Shown in pieces: positions 35,101 through 41,792 of a stretch of DNA of 41,792 bases. Source of the stretch: a virus (taxonomy: Duplodnaviria; Caudoviricetes); IMG/VR virus record IMGVR_UViG_3300044613_002570, positions 1 to 41,792 of that record; one strand, written 5' to 3'. How positions within the stretch are numbered: the stretch's first letter is position 1; the number at the start of each line of letters is the position of its first letter. Below the pieces are notes generated by a model that saw only the letters and a list, made by a program, of their open reading frames with translations, ran no database searches and was not told the DNA's origin. Both the position numbers and the translations under genes were made by a program.

Positions 35101-38100
35101 TTTCGGCGATCAGCCTGTTTTTTTCCCGTGGATCATCCAGCGCGTCGTCGTCGCTGTCGTCATCGTCGTAGTCGTCGCTGCCGTCGTCGTCGAACGTTGG
35201 TTCGACTGGATCAACAGTGAACGTGCGGAAGAATCCGCCTGCTGGCGTGACGGCCTTTAGGAGTCTGTTTGTCCTGGCTTCGACGGCTTTGAGTTCTCGG
35301 TTGATGATTGCGGACGCTTTCCCCCGAAGACTATTGCCCCACCGCTTTTCAGCCAACTCGGCAGACCCTCTTTGACTGGTTCCCCCGGCTGCGGCTTGCG
35401 TTTGTTCTGATTGTTCATAGCCGTACTGATCCTTGCTGATGAAGACTGCATACCCATTAGCGTGTGTAGCTGATACGCCAAAGTTGTCCTGAATAGTTTG
35501 TGCGATTTCTCGGCCGCGTCCAGTGAAATCGACGATCATCATTTCATTTCCGATCGTCGTGTGGCCCTGCACGCTGTCATCGATCGCTCGGATTTTCATG
35601 TAAAGATCGTGCACATCCTGGCCGTTGTCCATCTGAACTGTGACGAAACCAACACTTTCGCCGCCAGCGATTGGCGTCGTGCTGATCCCCATCATGCTGT
35701 CCTGTGACAACGCGAATCCGGCTGCTTTCATCGTGCGGATGAATTTCTCCGGCTGCACGGCCCCCTGAAACTGTGCGGCGAATGATGGATTCGTGTCGTC
35801 CAGATATCCGCCCAACTGCTCAGAGACCGAGATATCGGCCCCGATGCGTTGTGCGACGTCTGGCATGATTGCGTCGACCAGCGTTCTGCTGATGCGCAGT
35901 CGGTCCTCATCCGTCAGATTTCTCCATCGGCTTGTCAGCATCAAGTCATTCGGATCAGGCGCGGCTTCAAACATCACGCGGCGCGTGTCATCGTCCTGCT
36001 GCGGTTTCTTCCTGCGTTTCAGTTCTTCCAGGCGATTCGGTGCCGGACGTTCCTGTGGCGTTCCGTCGAAGATCACGCCGTCCCCGTCGCCGTCTTTTTC
36101 GGTTTCGTTTTTCTTCGCAAACATCGCAGAGAACTGTGCTGACTTGCTCGATACCGCCCGCTCGAACATTGCGTCCGATGACAGACTGACATACTGCATT
36201 GCCCCCTCCGGATGCAACGCGCCTGCCAGTGGCCCGTTCTGCCCGTCGATCAGCCACTTCTTGAACTGCTCAATTGTCAGCGCGGCGACCGACATAATGC
36301 GATCGCTCCATTCGTCGTCGTAGTTCTGCAGATAGTGCTTGATCGCTTCAATCTTGGAGTCGCATCCGATGAAGCATTTATGCTCATCGAACGTGCCGTC
36401 TTCGTTGGCCTGATTGATGACATAAATCATGCCATTGAAATCAGGTTCTGTCCCGCGTTTGACGAACACGTCAAGCTGATCTTTGTCGAAGCCGACCGCA
36501 CCCACGATGTAGCCGTAGTGGTCCTGCATTTCAACAGCCCAGCGTGTTCCGTCTGGTCTGAGTCCTGATCGGACGCTGAACGCTGGATTTTCAATCTCGA
36601 TGATCAATCCGCAGAGTCGTAGACGTGCCTTGCGATACGTTCCCTCTTTCCTTTGCTGGTCTGACGGATCTCGCAGCATGTTCCCTGGATATGTTGCAGA
36701 AGCTTGTGCCTGTTCGTCAATCAACGACTTTGCCATGAATGCGCCGCCGCTGGCTTTGAATTCTGCCATCCGCGCGAACACCGCTGACGCTGTTGTTTGG
36801 TTGTCATTGCTTGACATAGATTCCTCTGCTCCAAGATCTTTGACCGAGTCGATGAACTCCTGCGCCATGTCTGTTGTGAGTCCCAATGTCTGCAGCATCA
36901 GTCGTGCAGTCTTTTCGCCGAATTTTCCGTCGCGATATTTCTCGACGATATCGCTGATGTTCTTGCTGTGTCGCATGAACTCACGGCGTGACATTTTGCC
37001 CAGCGATGGCGTTTCCATGGCCGGTGATGTTGTGACGCTTTGCAGCGTTTCTGGCGCGGCTTCTGGTGCACCGATGCCTGGCGTTTCTGGTTCCCCTGAA
37101 TCCGTCAGCGCGGTGTCGGTTCCTGTGTCCTCCGAGTCAGCGCCAGTCTCTTCCTCGTATCCGTAGCCCGCATATGGATCAGGCATTGCGCCGACCAGCT
37201 TGTCGTCTTCCTCGGTTCCGAGTGGCATCATGTTGAATGCCTCACGGACTTCGCGGACCTTGACGGCCTTGGATTTCATCAACAGATCCCATTCTGAACG
37301 GCGCTGCTCAGGATCGTCGATGTTGGCGGCTTGCAGAAGAACCATAAACTGATTCTGCGGCGACTGCATGAACCGGCGCAGGCCGATCGTCAACTGGCCG
37401 CTGTAGATTCGCATCAATGGTTGCAGGATGAGTCGTGCATTCCCTTTGATGAGTCCGACCACTTGTGCATACGAACCGCCAGAGCCAAGCCCCAGCATCG
37501 CTGAACTCAGCAAGTGCTGGCCCAGCGTGTGATCGCGGCTCTGGTCGACCGAATTCACGAACTCCATTTCTCGACCGGTATGGCTGTCGTTGGAGACTTT
37601 GATGCCAGGCGGTGATCGCCAGGCGTTGCCCTGCTTGTCCGGTCCAAGGTTCTGTGCTTCGAATTCTTCCAGCAGTTTTGACCACTCGGAATTGCTGATT
37701 GTGACACCAGGCATCGGCTCAAGCCGTGGCCCAGTGGTCATCATTTTTTCCAGCATGTTTCGTCTGGTCTGATGCAGCACTTTGTCAGTGTCTACCGTGT
37801 CTGCGATGGCGGACGAAACGTTCAGAAAATCATCCGAGAACATCGGCGACGGAAGCCCGATCGGAATGACGAACTTTGCCGAATACTCTCTGTTCGAAAT
37901 TCTGGCCAGCGCCTGTTGCAGACTTAGCGGCTCTTCCTCGCTTTGCGTATTGATTGAAAGCTTGCTCAGATGCCCGATTCGGTAGCTTCCTTCCGGAAAC
38001 TGTGACGACGGCGCGACGGCCTGAATGGCAGCTTTCGGAATCACCCACAATTCCTGTGGCATTCCGTTAGCGTTTGGAAGCACGAGAATATGCGCCACGC

Positions 38101-38569
38101 CGTGGATGTTCGTCTGCTCTGCGATCTCGAACAGAAACGTGGCTTCATCCTTCCAGGGATTCGGCGATCTCAGCAGTGCGGCAATTCGGTGTTGCGTTGG
38201 CGCTGTCACCCAGTCTTCAGGAACACCGTACTGCTCTGATCCGGTGATTCGCTTGCTGGCCTTGTATTCAATACCATTGTGCTCGCAGATGGCTTCTGCA
38301 ATCCACTGCGGGCAGTAGACGGCCATCGACCCCAGACCGAACTGCAGCGCTTTGGCAAGAATGGCGGTGAAGTTCCATCCTCGAACCTGCTCGATATCCC
38401 TGATTGCGGACGTTCCGATGGCGCTGTGCCCTGGCGATCCGAAGATATCCATCAGCGAATAATTGTCGAACCCTGTCCCGGAAAGCCCGTACGCTTTGAT
38501 CATTTCCGCGCCGACATTTTGTTCGGCCGTACGGTATTCCTGGATCAGTTTTCCAAGATCGATTTGCAT
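32162..38569 (-). CDS. Portal protein fused to a ~1650-aa polyvalent extension (InPase-like, unknown domain, SAP-like, wHTH, GNAT-like)
   Basis: N-terminal ~460 aa portal (LLRSPNPW, GVAHILV..NANGMPQELWVIP, REMEF, VREVREAFNMMPL); InPase-like (IENPAFSVRSG...HYGYI...DKDQLDVF...FDEHK); C-terminal GNAT-like (PKGLGLQVFSQ...VGYAVWPQFGY). Confidence 0.85.
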   Translation of the reverse strand: MQIDLGKLIQEYRTAEQNVGAEMIKAYGLSGTGFDNYSLMDIFGSPGHSAIGTSAIRDIEQVRGWNFTAILAKALQFGLGSMAVYCPQWIAEAICEHNGIEYKASKRITGSEQYGVPEDWVTAPTQHRIAALLRSPNPWKDEATFLFEIAEQTNIHGVAHILVLPNANGMPQELWVIPKAAIQAVAPSSQFPEGSYRIGHLSKLSINTQSEEEPLSLQQALARISNREYSAKFVIPIGLPSPMFSDDFLNVSSAIADTVDTDKVLHQTRRNMLEKMMTTGPRLEPMPGVTISNSEWSKLLEEFEAQNLGPDKQGNAWRSPPGIKVSNDSHTGREMEFVNSVDQSRDHTLGQHLLSSAMLGLGSGGSYAQVVGLIKGNARLILQPLMRIYSGQLTIGLRRFMQSPQNQFMVLLQAANIDDPEQRRSEWDLLMKSKAVKVREVREAFNMMPLGTEEDDKLVGAMPDPYAGYGYEEETGADSEDTGTDTALTDSGEPETPGIGAPEAAPETLQSVTTSPAMETPSLGKMSRREFMRHSKNISDIVEKYRDGKFGEKTARLMLQTLGLTTDMAQEFIDSVKDLGAEESMSSNDNQTTASAVFARMAEFKASGGAFMAKSLIDEQAQASATYPGNMLRDPSDQQRKEGTYRKARLRLCGLIIEIENPAFSVRSGLRPDGTRWAVEMQDHYGYIVGAVGFDKDQLDVFVKRGTEPDFNGMIYVINQANEDGTFDEHKCFIGCDSKIEAIKHYLQNYDDEWSDRIMSVAALTIEQFKKWLIDGQNGPLAGALHPEGAMQYVSLSSDAMFERAVSSKSAQFSAMFAKKNETEKDGDGDGVIFDGTPQERPAPNRLEELKRRKKPQQDDDTRRVMFEAAPDPNDLMLTSRWRNLTDEDRLRISRTLVDAIMPDVAQRIGADISVSEQLGGYLDDTNPSFAAQFQGAVQPEKFIRTMKAAGFALSQDSMMGISTTPIAGGESVGFVTVQMDNGQDVHDLYMKIRAIDDSVQGHTTIGNEMMIVDFTGRGREIAQTIQDNFGVSATHANGYAVFISKDQYGYEQSEQTQAAAGGTSQRGSAELAEKRWGNSLRGKASAIINRELKAVEARTNRLLKAVTPAGGFFRTFTVDPVEPTFDDDGSDDYDDDDSDDDALDDPREKNRLIAEILVGCYGTEAESILDDGDDFEALSGAFAKAFAGHATFKDATSRRRRSPRRPRPEEIDGDGDGVIHDGTPEERPAPPRRPQWRGGNRPKNSPERIAQINADVERALNGDRSAKSAKELAESLRELTVKQLRDIKLKYNLKASGRTKQELVDKLALRMDSGRRADRSAATVTDRANAAARSAITAIGKSPNAARDRDVDALRRRRDALVQAADKNQAVSRDMQTVGQQQAAERHARMSNTLREAAGQLTEAKNQIAEGNRLDEEARSIAEQFREEARQQQIQDRARENQARMDAANSSVRFRGVNDVGNNQRDDVTESHYLTLAKREITTGDIQSMFDRTSPEQHQALTDFIRNKEPQLGSIAQHVQDESRATREFQRITAIENQILETMRQNAAVNYTMRDLATLTQTEPGSANAPLNSPLNRALSNLAIEGRIIARDRQFGGPIFSLRPPSTPAATTAAIPASEATSTGNAAEQRLAALKQNLPGKFVVAQNEDGQTVLVTPNDRARVLPDDPAKQVRAIESQLRNRGINPDDVVAGRVRGRKPAAVTQTQTQTPAPVATSPLAAQPPQQRGPLTSEQRTALKKIGADFLDDIEPDADGNLIQAIPSRARVVINEAGARVPQSWQEIPVDDQSRIRESYSQDVRRTLKTSSAWRVEIRDRAKTAINSELDAMTSEQVATAILPRMRNRVGLENATVEDVKAMLDTGEELAAQTKERWRLDTVNMGLVEKLDGRRSWMRGQYAAAVNERINNVSPEQLYRHAQSKNLMSAQNAPRTAQLLNQFGMTTQDLASVIGARDDWQVTVTPSDYNGGSLSISVNNSTARMSRSIHMEDGKMRLYNSSFFMDDNAPKGLGLQVFSQSIANAKRLGFAEVKTMPCRSSTMVGYAVWPQFGYDADISSIGSGEVRRRTQAQFPNARTIRDIYDTPGGQEWWWANGDSLNTAKFDLTSGSRNMTALQNYMKKKKSQRDRVRSSAPTATA

Positions 38570-38592
38570 GGAATCGCCCCGTCATCGCAGAC

Positions 38593-38615
38593 TATGCGTC
38601 GTAATACGACGCATA
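38593..38615. promoter_or_regulatory. Perfect 23-bp palindrome upstream of portal, overlapping a CGTATGC motif
   Basis: TATGCGTCGTA-A-TACGACGCATA (11-bp arms, 1-nt centre), ~25 nt before the portal ATG. Confidence 0.6.
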
Positions 38616-38664
38616 CGGTAACGGATCGGCGAAGTTTTGTCAGCACGTCATTGGATTTTTTGCC

Positions 38665-39135
38665 TCAGAGTTGATCGAGTGGAACCTGGAATTTCGATGA
38701 TTCTACAGTTGTGTTCGGTATCTTCAGCCTGACACGTTCCAGCATTTCTCTCATTTCGTCCGGCGTTCCTCGCCAGCATCGTTCTCCGATGGCCGCTGGC
38801 ACCATGGCGACTTCCGCGAATCGGAAATGGTCCCATGGCAATTCTCGCAGCTTCAGAACGTTCAGCTTTGACCTGACGAAAACTTCGGCATCAGGTTCGT
38901 CTAACGGCTTCTCACCACGCAGTAGAAAATAGGCTCTTGTCCCGCGATCGTGATGAAGCCGCCCTGACGATCCGCACTGGAAAGACACGTCGACCGCCAG
39001 TTCCGCAACGATGCACGGAAGCACTTTGTGCAGATCAGCGAGTCTCATTCCGAACGGGTTCATATCGTCACCCAGCCGCGCTGCTTGATTCCAGTATGGT
39101 GTTTGACGACCCGACAATCTCAACCTTCGTTCCAA
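38665..39135 (-). CDS. Hypothetical protein
   Basis: ORF in operon orientation; true start probably MNPFGMRL (~39063). Confidence 0.55.
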   Translation of the reverse strand: MERRLRLSGRQTPYWNQAARLGDDMNPFGMRLADLHKVLPCIVAELAVDVSFQCGSSGRLHHDRGTRAYFLLRGEKPLDEPDAEVFVRSKLNVLKLRELPWDHFRFAEVAMVPAAIGERCWRGTPDEMREMLERVRLKIPNTTVESSKFQVPLDQL

Positions 39136-39340
39136 TCGGCAGTGTAATCAGCTTACCGTATGGCATGTCTTTGAACGCCGTCAATTCGGTTCGAATAATA
39201 CCAATCGACGGCGGCACATGAAACCCCAGCCGCAAGCGTCCGGACGATCTTTTCAACACTACGACGACCATCGTCAGCAGCATTGTCTGCTTGTCGTACA
39301 CGATGACGGTTTGTTCTGACGTTCGTGAGATAACCAGCAT
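39068..39340 (-). CDS. csrA: CsrA/RsmA-like RNA-binding translational regulator
   Basis: MLVISR..EQTVIV...VVVL...GRLRLGFHVPPSIGIIRTEL aligns with CsrA MLILTR..GE...VRIG..AP..V.VHREE. Confidence 0.75.
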   Translation of the reverse strand: MLVISRTSEQTVIVYDKQTMLLTMVVVVLKRSSGRLRLGFHVPPSIGIIRTELTAFKDMPYGKLITLPIGTKVEIVGSSNTILESSSAAG

Positions 39341-39428
39341 TGTCTTCCAATCCTTTGTTGAGTTCATTCATGCATCAGCGTAATTGCCTCCCGCTATTAC
39401 GCCGTCACTGACGCATGCATATTGATGA

Positions 39429-41117
39429 CTACACTTTTCCCATCTTCCAGTCTTCGAGTCCGTTGTAAGAGTGCGCCCCGGCGTCCACCTGATCGTCATG
39501 CGGCGCGTTCGGGAATCGTTCCAGTTCGTCGATGAAATCTTTGGTCCAGTCCTGTTCGTCCAGAATTCTGACTTCCCCGTATTTGACACCGGCCGCAAAC
39601 ATTGTGGCGCGTGCTCGTTTGTTCTTCGTGACCGGCTGCGCCATGCATACGATTCCGTGCGGCTTCAGTTTCGCGGCCAGGTAATTGTGCGCGAACTTGC
39701 CGTCTGGCCCCGGATTCACTTCGTTTGCCACTCGATAGTTGTCCCAGTTCTTCGAGTCGTACGCGGAAACTTTTTCGATCGTGTTGTCTCGATCGACCGC
39801 CGTTTTATTGAACTTCACCCTGTTGACGATGTACTTGATTCCCTCATACTCGACGGTCAAAACTCCAGCCGTTGGATCAAGATCTGATTCCGCATCGCTG
39901 TCGGCTCTGTCCCAGCCCCTGACGGCCATGCCATGCACCAGTTTTTTGGGCAGGTCTTCCGGCTTGATGAGTGCGCCCCGGACGTTCTCGAACAACGTCC
40001 CGGCTTTGGACATTGGATCTTGATCGAATTGTGCTGGAACGTTGGCCTGCTCTTTGTCCAGTTCCATCATCTTGATTCGATTTCTCACCACGGCTTCGGT
40101 GATCATCGATTCCCAGAGCAACTGGCCCTTTTTCGTTCGTGGATCTTTGTCCCAGCGATAGCGGTGATCCGGATCGAATCGCATCGGCAGACACGCATGC
40201 CGCCATTCAGACGACTGGAGTTCCTGCTTGAAGCTTTCTGGCATATCGATTGCGCCGGAAAGCATTTCGCCCAGCAGCATTCCGCAGATATCGTTTGTTG
40301 CCAGTCTCTGCATGCAAACAACGATCGACATTTTCTGCAGCATACCGCGACTGGCGACCGTTGACGCAAACCAGCGAATCGCTTTTTTCATCAGCTTTGT
40401 TGAATACACGTCCAGCGCTTTGTGCGGATCGTCGACCAACAGGAAGTGCGGATGCAAACCTGTCAACGGTCCGCCGACCGTCCCCATAAATCGAGTTCCG
40501 CCACGACTGTTGACGATGCCTTCCTTTTCATTATCGCGGACGATTCGCAGACGGCCGAAACGCTTCTGATACCATTCGGACGTGATCAGGTTGACGAATG
40601 CGGTTTTCGGTGCCTGCATCGGCTCTTCGGCGTAACTGCTCAGCACGAATCGCCGTGTCGGATCTTTGGCCCAGACCCAGGCCGGAAAAAAGACATTCAG
40701 CAGATAGGACTTCATCGTGCCTGGCGGCTGATTGACGATCAGTCTGTCATTGCGGCCATAGAACAGATCTTCGTATTCCTGCGCCAGCAGATCGATATGG
40801 AAGTTTCCGGCGAATGGATTCGGATCTCTGATGTATCGCCAGGCGCGGCGCGTAAAGCCCGCCAGACTGGAAAGAATCTGCTCTGGCGAATCATCGTATT
40901 CGCGCTGTCGCTGTCGCAGTTCCGGCTGACGCTCAAACAACTGTCGCAGCGATCGGCCGTCACACTCCCGGAACATTTCGAAATCGTCATCGTTGACGTC
41001 TTCCGGATGAGTGTAAAGGTGCCTGATTCTCCCCAACGCATCTTTCTTCCGCTTGAGTTTCTTCTGCGCTTCGGCGTACAGCAGCATTCGCATGTACGGA
41101 TCAAGAAGTTCCGGCAT
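39429..41117 (-). CDS. terL: Terminase large subunit
   Basis: Walker A VNQPPGTMKS, Walker B LLVDDPH, coupling motif VCMQRL, nuclease GWDRA and PHDDQVDA. Confidence 0.95.
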   Translation of the reverse strand: MPELLDPYMRMLLYAEAQKKLKRKKDALGRIRHLYTHPEDVNDDDFEMFRECDGRSLRQLFERQPELRQRQREYDDSPEQILSSLAGFTRRAWRYIRDPNPFAGNFHIDLLAQEYEDLFYGRNDRLIVNQPPGTMKSYLLNVFFPAWVWAKDPTRRFVLSSYAEEPMQAPKTAFVNLITSEWYQKRFGRLRIVRDNEKEGIVNSRGGTRFMGTVGGPLTGLHPHFLLVDDPHKALDVYSTKLMKKAIRWFASTVASRGMLQKMSIVVCMQRLATNDICGMLLGEMLSGAIDMPESFKQELQSSEWRHACLPMRFDPDHRYRWDKDPRTKKGQLLWESMITEAVVRNRIKMMELDKEQANVPAQFDQDPMSKAGTLFENVRGALIKPEDLPKKLVHGMAVRGWDRADSDAESDLDPTAGVLTVEYEGIKYIVNRVKFNKTAVDRDNTIEKVSAYDSKNWDNYRVANEVNPGPDGKFAHNYLAAKLKPHGIVCMAQPVTKNKRARATMFAAGVKYGEVRILDEQDWTKDFIDELERFPNAPHDDQVDAGAHSYNGLEDWKMGKV

Positions 41118-41766
41118 TCGTCCTGCCCTTTCGCTTCCTGCGTTTGGCTGACGTTTCTTCGATATCTGCCGGTGACATCAGCAGCATTTCCGGCGTCAGC
41201 TTTTCCCCGCCGTTTCGTAGCTGGTCCGAGAACTCCTGGAGTTCCTGAATCGACATTCCGTCCATTTTGGCCATCGCCTCTTCGGCCAGCATTTTCTTTT
41301 GCTGCGTCGTGTCTTCCGGCGTGACTTTGATATCGAAGATGTTGTGCAAAACAACGACAGCTTTAACGACGGCTTCAGGCTTCGCTTGTCCCTTTTGTCC
41401 ATTCTGCACAATGGTGACCAGCGCTTTCTGGCAGATCTCCTGAATCTGTTCGCGATAGTAGCCGACTTCCTTGAGTTGCTCCTGTCGCACCGCATTCATG
41501 TACTTGTGGACGGTTAATCGACTCAGCTTGAATTGCGTCATGCACGCCTGTGTCAGTGTCACCGGATGCATTCCGCCGATCAGCCCCTGGCGAATCACTC
41601 TGATGAGTTCGGCGCGTTTTTCTTTGGTCAGTGTACGACCAACGACCGGACCATTCTCGATAACCCCTTCAGTGCCCGGCTGCGTTTTGAGTTTGCGATT
41701 TCTGCGTGCCGTCTTTGGTTTTGAAGACAGATCCAGTTGCGCAGTGTTGTCCTCAGTTATGTCCAT
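41101..41766 (-). CDS. Putative terminase small subunit
   Basis: Overlaps the terL start; HTH-like segment (LTQACMTQFKLSRLTVHKYM) and helical C-terminus; positional call. Confidence 0.55.
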   Translation of the reverse strand: MDITEDNTAQLDLSSKPKTARRNRKLKTQPGTEGVIENGPVVGRTLTKEKRAELIRVIRQGLIGGMHPVTLTQACMTQFKLSRLTVHKYMNAVRQEQLKEVGYYREQIQEICQKALVTIVQNGQKGQAKPEAVVKAVVVLHNIFDIKVTPEDTTQQKKMLAEEAMAKMDGMSIQELQEFSDQLRNGGEKLTPEMLLMSPADIEETSAKRRKRKGRTNAGTS

Positions 41767-41792
41767 TGTTCCGCTTCCCCCCCGTTGGCTCG

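Noticed and set aside
36250-36670. Housekeeping ppa gene or auxiliary metabolic gene
   Set aside because: It is an internal domain of the portal fusion matching the polyvalent-protein InPase type, not a stand-alone pyrophosphatase.
1-41792. tRNA, rRNA, integrase/att sites, IS elements, and a firm host assignment
   Set aside because: None recognisable by eye. The style of the Cys-rich tail genes and csrA suggested a Planctomycetota host, but I cannot support that without searches.

Overview
This window is the morphogenesis region of a tailed phage or prophage, read entirely on the minus strand and with no tail sheath gene (siphovirus-like). Gene order from right to left: TerS-like, TerL, CsrA-like, a giant 2135-aa portal fusion, two paralogous multidomain proteins, a histone-deacetylase-family enzyme, a degenerate 2H phosphoesterase, MuF, an HK97-type prohead protease, major capsid, neck genes, tail tube, a tail chaperone with a -1 frameshift, tape measure, tail-tip genes, an array of Cys-rich CxTWS...CxICVTP cassettes, a double glycosyltransferase, holin-like membrane proteins, and a tail fibre running off the left edge that the ORF track missed. 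The most unusual part is the ~14 kb between portal and MuF. It encodes polyprotein-like products in which effector domains (InPase-like, ART-like, three GNAT-like, SAP-like, wHTH) are separated by a 17-aa DGDGDGxIxDGTxQERP tag (6 copies) and by F-x-R-x4-K-(A/S)-type motifs resembling HK97-protease Lys cleavage sites. An intact deacetylase sits directly after the three GNAT-like domains. I infer a capsid-packaged, protease-released cargo system containing an acetylation writer/eraser pair. A CGTATGC motif recurs upstream of many structural genes and is a candidate late promoter. All domain calls come from motif recognition by eye; no database searches were run.
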